Part shown: in pieces, positions 1 to 10,700 of the stretch
Layout of the letters: each line of letters opens with the position of its first letter
Numbering within the stretch: the stretch's first letter is position 1
DNA from: a virus
Taxonomy: Duplodnaviria; Caudoviricetes
Length of the DNA: 64,000 bases
Strand: one strand, 5' to 3'
Virus record (IMG/VR): IMGVR_UViG_3300030330_004405
Span: 28,525-92,524 of that record
Notes under the pieces: model-generated
What the model was told of the DNA's origin: nothing
The model's database searches: none
Seen by the model: only the letters and a program-made list of their open reading frames with translations
Program-made: the position numbers and the translations under genes

Positions 1-2
1 AC

Positions 3-2123
3 TTAGATAGCGTCTCCACCAACCTTGTGGGTATAATGCTCCCCCTCGCTTCGGGTTCCGGATATGATTCTGGTCCATCCAGAATGAAAGGTGTTGCGTC
101 ACAAGAAGCGAAAGCCGGTTGGTTCATCGCACAAGACACCGGTCCTGCAGCTGCGTTCGAACCCTACAACGCTCAGAAGCTTTTCCGACTTAAAGGTCGC
201 GGACATGGCGAGTGGTTAAACAAGAACGCTAAGGTTCAAATTGACAGAATTAGAGGACCAGCTTCGCTTGACGAAGAATACGGCTCATTCTCGGTTATTA
301 TCCGATCTCTCAATGATACCGATGCGGCTCCGCAAATTCTTGAAAGATTTGATAACTTGAACTTAGATCCAACCTCTCCAAACTTTATCTCCAAGAAAAT
401 TGGTGATGTTTACCACGCTTGGGACGAAGGAAACCAAAGATTACGCAGATATGGTAACTACGAGAATGTTTCGCGCTATGTTTACGTTGAACTTAACGAT
501 GATGTTGAAGCCGGCGCCGCAAACCCTGCTCTTGTTCCGTTTGGTTACTTTGGTCCACCAAGTTATCTCGATATTCAAGTGAGTTCTTCTAATGACGTTG
601 CCAACGGTGATCGTCTGGCGATCGGTCTGGGTCGAGGTATCGTGACCCTCCCTCCCGCAGCTTCGATATATGGAGGTGTTAACAACGCCCAGCGCGCTGT
701 TACCGGCGGTATTGATGGTAACATGAGAGCAAACCTCAAATTCCCAGGTGCACCGCTTGTTGGCAATGCTACCGACGCTGGTCTGACTAACATAACAGAC
801 ACTGTTTTCGGTATGAGAACAACAAGAGCAGCTACTTCTCAACTTGCCGCTCATGGTATTGGAGACATGCACAGAATGTTGGCTGGTGGACAAGTAGATG
901 ATCCAACTGTAGTGGTAGATCCACTTCACAATGGTGGATTCAACGGTTTTGGTTATGTGTTCTCAATGGATGACATTATCTCAGGTTCTCTCGCTACCGG
1001 TGGTACTGGTCAGTTCACCTACACCTCTGGTTCTCGAAAGGCTGGAACAAGCTTAACTGCTACCGCCAGCAACGACTACCGCACGCTGCTTGATTTTGGT
1101 ATTGACTCTTTCGCAGCGCCATTCTTCGGCGGCTTCGATGGGTTAGATATCACTAAGCCAGACCCACTGGCTAACAGCCAAATTGGGGCGTCAAAGCAAG
1201 CAAGCTACACGCACGCTACGATTAGGCAGGCGCTTGAGACTGTTGCTGATCCTGAACTTCTGGACTTCAACATCTTGGCTGTTCCTGGTTTAACCAACGA
1301 AGCATTGACTAACTACCAAATGGAAGTCTGTCAAGAAAGACGCGATGCTCTTGCTGTTGTCGACTTGCCAAATGTTTATACTCCATTCGCGGAATCATAT
1401 GTTTCGGACAAAACACAAAGAGCCAACAGAAACGTCCTTGGTACTGTCCAAGCGTTAAGAGCTAGAAGACTTGATAACTCTTATGCATGCACGTTCTACC
1501 CCTGGGTACAGACCCGTGACGCTAAAACTGGTCAAACTCTTTGGATTCCGCCAAGTGTCGCGATGATGGGTGTTCTTGGTTCTTCGCAAGCTAAATCAGA
1601 TGTTTGGTTCGCTCCTGCCGGCTTTAACCGCGGCGGACTTTCGGACGGCGCCGCAGGAATTCCGATCCTGAACGCATCCTCTAGACTTTCTTCGAAGGAA
1701 AGAGATATGCTTTATGATGTCAACATCAACCCAATCGCATCTTTCCCGTCGACTGGAATCGTCGTCTTCGGTCAGAAGACACTCCAAGCGAGAAAGTCAG
1801 CACTCGACAGAATCAACGTCCGCAGACTTGTTATCTTCTTGAAGAAGCAAATCTCGGTTCTTTCGACTCAGGTTCTCTTCGAACAAAACGTTCAAGCAAC
1901 TTGGGATAGATTCAAGGGTCTTATTGAGCCGTTCTTGGCTAACGTTAAGACCAGATACGGACTCACAGAGTACAAGCTTGTTCTCGACGAGACCACAACC
2001 ACTCCTGATCTCATTGATCAGAACATTCTTTACGCTAAGATTATGATTAAGCCAGCACGCGCAATCGAATTCATTGCAATTGACTTCATTATTGCTAACA
2101 CCGGCGCATCATTTGACGACTAA
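3..2123 (+). CDS. Contractile tail sheath protein (5'-truncated by the window)
   Basis: The frame is open to the window start. C-terminal sheath motifs are present: YPWV, PPS, WFAPAGFNRG, INPI, GQKTLQ...LDRINVRRL, KPARAIEFI. Confidence 0.95.
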   Translation, partial: LDSVSTNLVGIMLPLASGSGYDSGPSRMKGVASQEAKAGWFIAQDTGPAAAFEPYNAQKLFRLKGRGHGEWLNKNAKVQIDRIRGPASLDEEYGSFSVIIRSLNDTDAAPQILERFDNLNLDPTSPNFISKKIGDVYHAWDEGNQRLRRYGNYENVSRYVYVELNDDVEAGAANPALVPFGYFGPPSYLDIQVSSSNDVANGDRLAIGLGRGIVTLPPAASIYGGVNNAQRAVTGGIDGNMRANLKFPGAPLVGNATDAGLTNITDTVFGMRTTRAATSQLAAHGIGDMHRMLAGGQVDDPTVVVDPLHNGGFNGFGYVFSMDDIISGSLATGGTGQFTYTSGSRKAGTSLTATASNDYRTLLDFGIDSFAAPFFGGFDGLDITKPDPLANSQIGASKQASYTHATIRQALETVADPELLDFNILAVPGLTNEALTNYQMEVCQERRDALAVVDLPNVYTPFAESYVSDKTQRANRNVLGTVQALRARRLDNSYACTFYPWVQTRDAKTGQTLWIPPSVAMMGVLGSSQAKSDVWFAPAGFNRGGLSDGAAGIPILNASSRLSSKERDMLYDVNINPIASFPSTGIVVFGQKTLQARKSALDRINVRRLVIFLKKQISVLSTQVLFEQNVQATWDRFKGLIEPFLANVKTRYGLTEYKLVLDETTTTPDLIDQNILYAKIMIKPARAIEFIAIDFIIANTGASFDD

Positions 2124-2136
2124 AAATACTAAGCAT

Positions 2137-2144
2137 ACTAGTTA
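2137..2144 (+). promoter_or_regulatory. Putative phage late-promoter element ACTAnTTA (tail tube)
   Basis: ACTAGTTA. The same motif precedes starts at 3909, 16333, 31132, 37850, 45998, 50784, 52567 and 55874. Confidence 0.6.
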
Positions 2145-2166
2145 AATTAAAGGGAGAAAACTTATA

Positions 2167-2775
2167 ATGCCATTCTGGTCAACTACTTTTCAAAACACTG
2201 AAGAAGTCCTTAAAGATCCAAAAAGAAACTTTAGGTTCTTCGTTACTATCACCGGTATCAACACTGATAACGGAGGTTCTATGGTCTGGTACGCCAAGGA
2301 GATCCAAAAGCCTACTTTCACGATGGCTGAGGCTACCCACGAGTACTTAAACCACACTTATTACTATCCTGGTAAGGTTACCTGGAACCCTGTCGAGCTT
2401 AAGATGGTTGATCCAAGTGGCGACCCCGATGTCGCTGCGACAATGGCAGGTATCATGGTTGGTGCCGGCTACAAGTTGCCTGTTACTCCCGACAGCAACA
2501 ACCTTACTAGCATGTCTAAGCAAAAGGCTGCTGGTTCAATCGGCACTGTAAAGATTACTCAAGTTGATTCCGAAGGTAAACCAATCGAGACTTGGACACT
2601 TTGGAATGCATTCGCCACAGAAGTACAATTTGGTGGTTCGCTTGCTTACGGTAATGACGAGTTAACAGAGTACGTCCTGAAGATTCGTTATGACTGGGCT
2701 CAGCTTGAGACTGCTGCTGGTAGCAACGCATTGGCTACCCCCGGCGAAGATTTATTCTTCGACATTTCAAGATAA
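2167..2775 (+). CDS. Tail tube protein (T4 gp19-like)
   Basis: Follows the sheath; motifs DPKRNFRF, YYPGKVTWNPV, ETWTLWNAF, IRYDWA; RBS GGGAG. Confidence 0.9.
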   Translation: MPFWSTTFQNTEEVLKDPKRNFRFFVTITGINTDNGGSMVWYAKEIQKPTFTMAEATHEYLNHTYYYPGKVTWNPVELKMVDPSGDPDVAATMAGIMVGAGYKLPVTPDSNNLTSMSKQKAAGSIGTVKITQVDSEGKPIETWTLWNAFATEVQFGGSLAYGNDELTEYVLKIRYDWAQLETAAGSNALATPGEDLFFDISR

Positions 2776-2797
2776 CATAACATAATAGAGGTGAAAT

Positions 2798-3658
2798 TTG
2801 TCACGAAATAAAGACCGACTTGGCACGGGGGATTCTACCCCCCAAGCTGCAAGTCCACCGGTCGCTGCAATGGACTCTGGTATTTTTTCATTTGTAGCAC
2901 CCACCGAGTTTGTTAGTCTGCCGTCTCAGGGGCGGCACTACTCTTCTGATCATCCGCTTTTCAATCAGGAGACTATAGAGATTAAGCAAATGACCGCAAA
3001 AGAGGAAGATATTTTAACTTCCATGACCCTTTTGCAGAACGGAGTAGCCTTAGAGAGGCTGCTTGAAAGCATTATTGTGGATAAATCAATTAATCCAAAG
3101 AGCCTTCTTGTAGGAGATAGGAACGCAATTGTTATATCTGCCAGAGTATCGGGATACGGCAACGTTTACCGAACACAAATTACATGTCCCCAATGTATTA
3201 CTGAGCAAAAGCATGCTTTTAATTTAAATGATGCTAAGTTGCGCAGCGCGTCAGAGATCATTAATGATTTGCCTGAAGGTGTATCTATAAATGATAACGG
3301 ACACTTTTCAGTTGTATTACCTAAATCTCAACTTAATGTTGTGCTCAGGCTCTTGACTGGAACAGATGAAGATAAATTAACAAGCCGAATTGAGAAAAAT
3401 AGAAAACAAAATACTGAAAGGCTTGTCACAACCCAACTTGAGCATATGATTGCCTCTGTCAACGGTAACAGCACGCAAGAGGCGATTGAATATGTCTCTC
3501 ATAATCTACCATCTTCAGATTCATCTTTCTTAAGAAAGGTATATAAAGCCATTGTTCCGAATATTGACCTGACGCTTAAATTTAACTGCGAAAACTGTTC
3601 ACATTCAGAGGACATGGAGGTGCCGCTCACTGCGGAGTTTTTTTGGCCTGAGCAGTAA
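2798..3658 (+). CDS. Tail/baseplate assembly chaperone (gp26-like)
   Basis: LPSQG...MTAKEEDIL, LLVGDRNAI, two CxxC pairs, ends FFWP; lies between tube and tape measure. Confidence 0.75.
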   Translation: MSRNKDRLGTGDSTPQAASPPVAAMDSGIFSFVAPTEFVSLPSQGRHYSSDHPLFNQETIEIKQMTAKEEDILTSMTLLQNGVALERLLESIIVDKSINPKSLLVGDRNAIVISARVSGYGNVYRTQITCPQCITEQKHAFNLNDAKLRSASEIINDLPEGVSINDNGHFSVVLPKSQLNVVLRLLTGTDEDKLTSRIEKNRKQNTERLVTTQLEHMIASVNGNSTQEAIEYVSHNLPSSDSSFLRKVYKAIVPNIDLTLKFNCENCSHSEDMEVPLTAEFFWPEQ

Positions 3659-3662
3659 CTAT

Positions 3663-3890
3663 ATGGAAAGTGTTTACGAACACTTTTTCTTCTTAAAACA
3701 TTACGGTGGCTGGTCCTTTACGGAAGCCTATAATTTACCTATTGGGCTTAGGGAGTGGTTTGTCGATCGATTGGTAAAACACATGGAAGAAGAGAGAGCT
3801 GCCATGAGTTCGTCATCGAGTTCTGGCAACACTCACACCTTAAGTGCGAATAATCAGCCGTCCCCGCCCCCTGGATACAATGTTAAATAA
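3663..3890 (+). CDS. Small tail-assembly ORF; probable frameshifted extension of the upstream chaperone
   Basis: YGGWSFTEAYNLPIGLREWF; frame open from 3573 across the T7 run at 3638-3644; no clear RBS. Confidence 0.65.
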   Translation: MESVYEHFFFLKHYGGWSFTEAYNLPIGLREWFVDRLVKHMEEERAAMSSSSSSGNTHTLSANNQPSPPPGYNVK

Positions 3891-3936
3891 ATTAAAAAAT
3901 TGTATTTAACTAATTAATTTATAGGGCATTTATAAT

Positions 3937-6402
3937 ATGGCTGCTGAAGACGAATTAAAAGACATAAAACGGATATTAGGTCAGATCCGTGATCAAAGTA
4001 AAACCAGCACTGATGCTGTTGGTACCGCAAGTTCACGAGATATGACTCAATATACCTCTGAGCTTAAGATGGCACGCCAGGAGCTTGAATTATTAGACAA
4101 AGGTTCCGGTGAATACAATCGAAAACTAAGAGAAGTAGAAAAACTTACCGCACAGGCACGTAACGCCATGAAAGATCAGCGTCGGGAAACTGATTTGCTT
4201 GCTTTGTCCATGCAAGGCGTAACCGGCGCCATGGATATGCTTGGTAATGCCGTAGACAAGGTAATTGTAAAGTTTGGCGAATTAGTAGCATCTGTGATGG
4301 CAGAGGCAAAACAGCTTGACAACTTAACAGTACAATTTCAAGCGGCTACCGGTGCCTCAGCCCAGATGGCTGGTAATATTGGTGCTTTAACTGACCGATT
4401 ACGCTTGTTTGGTGTAAGCAGCGAAGAAGCCTCTGAGGCAATAGGCAGCTTATATGGGGGCTTTAATCTTTTCACTCAATTAAACGAAGATCAGCAGCAA
4501 CAGCTCGGAGCGACAGTAGCGGTCTTAGGTGAATTAGGAGTCTCAGCACAAACATCGGCTAAAATATTAGAAACATCAATGATGGCTATGGGTATGTCTG
4601 TTGAGCAATCAACGGGTCTTCTAATGGATATGAGGGGCACCGCCCAAGCATTACAGGTTCCGATTGAGCAGTTATCATCAGACTTCCTGGCAGCTGAAAA
4701 TCGAATTGTACAGCTGGGCGCGCGTGGACCTGATGCATTTAAAAAATTATCCGCTCAAGCAAAGGCTACTGGTGTTGAAGTTACTACTCTGTTGGGAGTG
4801 GTAGAGCAGTTCGATACATTTGAAGGAGCCGCAAATGCCGCGGCTCAACTGGGTGCTGTTTTGGGCACGTCGGTGCTTGATCCACTAACTTTAATGAGTA
4901 TGGAAAGCCCCGCCGATCAGATTGAATACCTGAGAGACTCATTGATTAACGCAGGGATAACAGCCGAAAACTTCGGTCAACAAAACAGGTTTATACAAAA
5001 AGCGATTGCGAACGCAATGGGTACCGACACCACAACTGCGGTTAAAATATTACGTGGTGAGTTTGATGAATTAAACGAAGCGGCTCAAGAAGCAACAATG
5101 ACCTTTGAAGAAATGCGAAAAGAAGCATTCGGGCTTAAAGGCTTTGATGAAGTTGTTAACAACATGATGGGTGCATTAAAGAGACCCATATCGGACATTC
5201 AAAAAGCTACGCGCGCCACGTTCGAAGGACTTACGCCCTTAATCAGCAGATTCGAAAAATTCAACGCTGACTTAATTGAACAAACAACTAGCTTCGTAGA
5301 AAAAAATTCACAACTAGTTGGTGCAGTGGGCATTTTGTACAATATGGCTAATATCGATGGTGTACAGCAAGGCTACGAGATTTTCAAAGGCATTGCTAGT
5401 TTTACCGGCAGTGTGATGAGCAACTTGTTTAGCATAAAGGGCGTTTTAGCAGTTATGGCTGGTGGTGCTATCTACCTAATACGTGAAAGATTGGGAGAGA
5501 TTTATGATATTTTCAAGGATCCAAAAAAGGGTCCAATAGAGGCAATTAAAGCAGTTGGAGCAGCGCTAACCGATGTGTTTAACGAGTATAAGAAAAAAGC
5601 CATCGAGATGGGATTCGATAAAGCGTTTTTCAGCGCACTGAAAGAAAAATTTAAGACCTCCGCGGTAACAACGTATCATACATTCAGAGATGAATTCTTA
5701 AAGCCGATGTTCAAGACCCTACAGGTCGAACTTATTTATCAATTCGAACAAATGAAGGCTAACGGCACGTTCTCGAAGATTGGCGGTATGGTAGCTGATG
5801 TGTTTACTACATCGATAAAGGGTGCTGTAGCAGGTGTTATGTTGACATTTGAATCTATCATGGCTTCCATACCAGGTCTCAGCACCATGACCAAGGGGTA
5901 CCGAGCACTTCTCCGCTCTGGCGCCGCAGGATTGACCGCCGATGATTCGGGCGGCCCGAGATCACGCGCCGAAATACGTAAAGATTTATCTGCTATGACC
6001 CCCGAGCAACACAAAAGAGCACTGGAGGCAAGACAAGCAGTTATAAGTGCTAGAATAGACGATAAAATTGCGACTCTGCAGCTTCAAAACACCAAAGGTA
6101 AGCAAACTATTGATGCTGGAATTGTCAAAGCAAGAGAAAAAGTTAACCAAAAGCTTGAGGCTATGGAACCACATATAGCGAACATGAAAAGAGAAGCTAC
6201 GAAGGCTATCAACGCCACAGCTAGACAAGCACAAAAAAGCTATGAAGATATCTCGAAACTTGGTCAGGAAATGGCTGCAGCATCAACCGAAAGGCATAAT
6301 CAAGTTTTTCACATCGATATGCATGTTGACAAACAGAAGTTTGGTACAGCGGTGGCCGATGCTTCAAACAGAGCACTTAACAAGAAGTTAGTAGGTAGAT
6401 AA
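3937..6402 (+). CDS. Tape measure protein
   Basis: 821 aa, Ala/Met/Gln-rich helical composition, in the canonical position after the chaperones. Confidence 0.8.
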   Translation: MAAEDELKDIKRILGQIRDQSKTSTDAVGTASSRDMTQYTSELKMARQELELLDKGSGEYNRKLREVEKLTAQARNAMKDQRRETDLLALSMQGVTGAMDMLGNAVDKVIVKFGELVASVMAEAKQLDNLTVQFQAATGASAQMAGNIGALTDRLRLFGVSSEEASEAIGSLYGGFNLFTQLNEDQQQQLGATVAVLGELGVSAQTSAKILETSMMAMGMSVEQSTGLLMDMRGTAQALQVPIEQLSSDFLAAENRIVQLGARGPDAFKKLSAQAKATGVEVTTLLGVVEQFDTFEGAANAAAQLGAVLGTSVLDPLTLMSMESPADQIEYLRDSLINAGITAENFGQQNRFIQKAIANAMGTDTTTAVKILRGEFDELNEAAQEATMTFEEMRKEAFGLKGFDEVVNNMMGALKRPISDIQKATRATFEGLTPLISRFEKFNADLIEQTTSFVEKNSQLVGAVGILYNMANIDGVQQGYEIFKGIASFTGSVMSNLFSIKGVLAVMAGGAIYLIRERLGEIYDIFKDPKKGPIEAIKAVGAALTDVFNEYKKKAIEMGFDKAFFSALKEKFKTSAVTTYHTFRDEFLKPMFKTLQVELIYQFEQMKANGTFSKIGGMVADVFTTSIKGAVAGVMLTFESIMASIPGLSTMTKGYRALLRSGAAGLTADDSGGPRSRAEIRKDLSAMTPEQHKRALEARQAVISARIDDKIATLQLQNTKGKQTIDAGIVKAREKVNQKLEAMEPHIANMKREATKAINATARQAQKSYEDISKLGQEMAAASTERHNQVFHIDMHVDKQKFGTAVADASNRALNKKLVGR

Positions 6403-6417
6403 TAAGGGAATTATAAG

Positions 6418-7407
6418 ATGGCGGACAAGAAAGATCCAAGAGACGATACAAATTACTTCAGTAACTTAAAATACGGTCGCGATGAGGGTGTTGCCCAAGA
6501 CGTATACGTTGATACCAGCGATGCATACGCCAATTATAAACAATACGTAATCTCCTTTTTACACGTGCCATCAAATTCTACGGTATTTTTTAAAGCATAT
6601 GTAACCGAGTACAACGAAACCTTTAATTGTTCTTGGAGCCCAACAGAAGTTTATGGTCGCACGGATCCAATTCAAACATATAGAGGAACCAAAAGAAGTA
6701 TTTCTCTCGGCTTTGATGTCCCAGCAGCATCGATGAGTGAAGCATATGAAAACCTAGGGAGAGTATCGAAACTAGTTCAAATGCTTTATCCCACATATGT
6801 ACCAAATGAACTGGGTAATGGCAGAATAATAGGACAAGCCCCCTTGGTTCGTGTTAAAATGATGAACTTAATAACAAAAGAGCGCGCAACACCAGATCAC
6901 ATCCAACAAGCACTCGGCGGGGATAACGACTCACTATCACAAGTTTTAGGTGCCTACCAGACATCTCCTATGCCTGAAAATGGTGTATTAGCTGCTATTG
7001 GTAGCGTTAGTTACCGTTCAGATTTACAAAAAATTCAAATGTTTGAAAAAGCAGCAAACACGGTCTTACCACAGTCGTTAAGTGTTACCTTGGGCTTTGA
7101 TGTAATTCATGAAGAAACGCTTGGTTGGGGACCTGATGGAAAGCCGCTAGCTTCTAGTTTTCCCCATAAGGTTAGATTGAAAACGCCTCCGGGTGACGCT
7201 ACTTCGGTTGGAGGAGACCAAAACCCAGCGGACATCTCCGCTAGAATTGCGGAGGAAAGACGAAACCAAGCAGAACTGGATATGCAAGCAGCACAAAAGA
7301 ATAGATTCCTTGAAAGAATTGGTGTAAAGACGCTTGGTCGAGGTTTAGACCTGATCGGCGGTGGAACTGGAGTGGGACCAACCACGATACCAGAAGAGGA
7401 TTACTAG
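6418..7407 (+). CDS. Baseplate tube-initiator-like protein
   Basis: WSPTEVYGRTDPIQTYRGTKRSISLGFDV motif typical of tube-fold baseplate proteins after the TMP. Confidence 0.55.
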   Translation: MADKKDPRDDTNYFSNLKYGRDEGVAQDVYVDTSDAYANYKQYVISFLHVPSNSTVFFKAYVTEYNETFNCSWSPTEVYGRTDPIQTYRGTKRSISLGFDVPAASMSEAYENLGRVSKLVQMLYPTYVPNELGNGRIIGQAPLVRVKMMNLITKERATPDHIQQALGGDNDSLSQVLGAYQTSPMPENGVLAAIGSVSYRSDLQKIQMFEKAANTVLPQSLSVTLGFDVIHEETLGWGPDGKPLASSFPHKVRLKTPPGDATSVGGDQNPADISARIAEERRNQAELDMQAAQKNRFLERIGVKTLGRGLDLIGGGTGVGPTTIPEEDY

Positions 7408-7417
7408 GAGATTTAAA

Positions 7418-7759
7418 ATGGGAAGATACTCATCGACTAAAAAGTTTAGAAATAACTTAGAATATTATGAATACCTCAGAGGTAAACGTAAGCTGAAAAT
7501 TGCCAATCATTACGCGACTCCTATACTTAAGAATCCCACCGTAGAAGAGAGAACCCGAATAGCGTCAGATTCTCACATATGGGTTCTTGGTGACCGTTAT
7601 TACAAGCTAGCCGACAAGTATTATGGAGACTCAAGTTTTTGGTGGGTTATTGCATGGTACAATGCGGTACCAGTAGAAGCTGATTTATCGCTTGGCGATA
7701 TGATTGAGATTCCGATTAGCTTAAATGCAGTTTTAGATGTGTTAAACTTGGATTATTAG
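7418..7759 (+). CDS. LysM-like baseplate wedge protein (gp53/tail X-like)
   Basis: GDRYYKLADKYYGDSSFWWVIAWYN...GDMIEIP; ATG 7418 after RBS AGGAG. Confidence 0.75.
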   Translation: MGRYSSTKKFRNNLEYYEYLRGKRKLKIANHYATPILKNPTVEERTRIASDSHIWVLGDRYYKLADKYYGDSSFWWVIAWYNAVPVEADLSLGDMIEIPISLNAVLDVLNLDY

Positions 7760-7772
7760 GTAAACTTATATT

Positions 7773-10700
7773 ATGTCTAGTACTTTAGATCTTCTCGGCG
7801 GACCATTCAGTCCCCAAAGTCTTGTTGGAGAAATTGTTGAGACAACCACACCTACTGTAGTCGATGGTACGGTGTTTCCCTTTGATCCGGACAAAATGCC
7901 TGGCGTTAATCCTGTGACTGGTGTGCCTGATCTAATAGCAGCACCGCCCCCTATGCCAACACCGCCGTCTGCAGCGGCTCCAGACGACTCCCAAGGTGGT
8001 TCTGTCGCAACAGATCCGACCGAAGAGGTACAGGCAGCTAAAGATGCTTTAGAAAAAGAGCCCATGAGCGCTGCCGAGTTCTTCGAATCCAATGGAGCAG
8101 ACCTTCCGGAATATCGAGGTTTTGATGATCAGACGTTTATCTTAATGCATGCATACAACTTGATAAATTTAAGAAATGAAAAAATGAATTTTGATCTTGA
8201 TGAGCCTCCTCCTGATAAGCTCGATGATGTGGATGGTGACAAAAAACCAGATGACGTCATGTCTAATACTATAAGATCAATCAAATCTGGCTTACCATAT
8301 GCTTACATAGAGGGCGAAGACAGCCCAGAAACCAATGCCGTGATACAATGTGTAGGAGATCCTGGTGGTTTTGTAAATTACTTGACTGCAGCCCCTAATC
8401 TTCAACGCTACCTTGACTCATACCCGGAGGATTTATCCAATCTAGCATCAAGAATTAGATTTTATAAAATTTTTCATAAAGATGGCAAAGAAGAAATAGT
8501 GGAGTTTGCGTTTGAAACTGCCGGCATGGGAGAATCTGAGCTTGAGGCGATGATGTCGTCAAGAGGTCGACAGCGAGGCTACGGAGTTGGAATTAAAACG
8601 TTTAATATGTCCTTTCTAAGCACTGACAGCTCTACAGCGAAAACTTTAGTAAGCGGCGACTTAATCTTATATGGATCTTCTATGGAGTCTTTTTTGAGTG
8701 TTAGAAATGGTGTTGGGGAATCCAAAGATCTTGAATATCGATTTATGGATTTAGCCTACAAAACAACTTCCCCTAAAGGTTTAAGCAATAATATACCGAA
8801 GGGGCACACTGACGATTTAGGTTTTGAAATTGTGGCTGACGTCGGATTGGCCACCTCCGCCGGCATACCCGGCTTGACAGCAGATACAACTGCACTTACT
8901 GTTAAATTGAAACCGCACGGACACAATTTTGAATTTCAACAAGATGGGTCTGTCACGCTGACTATTGAGTTTAAAGGTTATCTAGATACAACTCTTTCTA
9001 GCCCTGTTCAATTTGATGTGTTTATGCAGACAGACGACGTGTTGCGCGATCTTCGTGTTGAATTAGCTGCAAATGCTATCACAAAGGATTGCGGGGCAAA
9101 AGAAGCTACAAAATTCAAAGAATCGCAGGTTGCGAAGGGAAACAAAGTATATCGTAAGAGGATAACAAACATAAACAAAGAATTACGCAAAAGAGGTAAG
9201 ATATACTATATTAATATCGCACCAGAGGTAATGACCGCTTTTAATGATGTTTTCAATTCTTATACAATAGAGGAAGACGATGGCGACCCGGCCCGGAACA
9301 TTCCATCCTCCGCCGAAGTTCGTGTTCTTGCAGGAAAAGGGATCATGCAGGCAGCCTTGGGCACTCGCATTCCGCTCACATCCTTCATCGAGGAACACCT
9401 CGGATTCAAAGCCGGCGCACTGGGCTCAGCATACACAAATATTTCAAATCCGAATAAACAAGCCAAGTCAATGCAAAACGATATGGAGGAAAAAGCACCA
9501 CCTCAAAGCACGATTAGAGACTGTGCTGTTGACCCTAACTCAAATCAAATACCATATTTTTACGTAGGTGACTTAATTAACATAATTTTAGACAATTTAA
9601 CGACAATATATCGAAAAGAAAATATAGCGCCTCACATAGAGGAGATGTTAAATGTGTTTGGCTCAGAAGAAGGCTCTGAAGTAACATCAGAATTCCTGGG
9701 TATTAGCCAAGATACCGCGCGTGATATTCCCACACAAATTGAAACCAACAGCGTTATTAACAATATCATGATTAATGCTGATAAACTAAAAAAATTCAGA
9801 GTCGTTCTCGGACCAACCACCGTAAAAGATTTCTTTTCTGAAAACGAAATCGTTTGCAGCCTAGGCGATATCCCTGTGCCCTTAAGACACTTTAATGAGT
9901 GGCTTGTAGGTGAAATGGAAGGATCAAAAAGACTAAGATACCCGTTGGCTGAATTTATCACTGATTTTATAAAAGACTATGTTAAAGTTTTTTTGCGCGG
10001 CAATACAAAATATAATGATGTTGGGAATCTTGGTATGAATAAAATATATGACCGTACGAGTCTGTTTGGTTATAAATCGAGCCATAGTGAGTATGATACT
10101 GATCCTTTGACACTTTTAAGGCACTCGGACACTAAAGCAGCAGGTCGCAAATCCCTGGTATATCAGCTTGTAGGTAATGAATATAGACCACTAATCAAAA
10201 CTAGTTCTAATAAAATATTAAATAAAAGCAAAAAAGAGGGATTTGATTACCTAATTTTTCATGAACCAAGATCGCCATTTGCAATACCAAAAACCACAGA
10301 TCAATTAGCCAACATGGGTATTGGAGTTTATCAGCTTGGAAAAGATCGAGGAGTCTTAAAAGAAATAAGCTTTACCAGATTAGAAAATAAAGACATGCAA
10401 GCAGGCTTCATGTCAGGTGTAAATGGCTCGCAAGACGGTCTGGCACAATTAACGCAAATTTTTGATGCGACATTAACCATGTACCTTAACTTAAATGTAC
10501 ATGTTGGACAATATATCTACATCGACCCAAACAGCGTAACTAGCTATTTAAGTGCGGAGACCAGATCCAGAATGTCAAAACTTACACAGGATATGCTGGG
10601 CGTTGGTGGTTTCTTTTTTGTAAATGCGGTTCATCATTCGTTTGAGCAGGGTAGGTTCGAAACAACGCTCAATACTCAGTGGCAGCCAACAGCTAACAAA

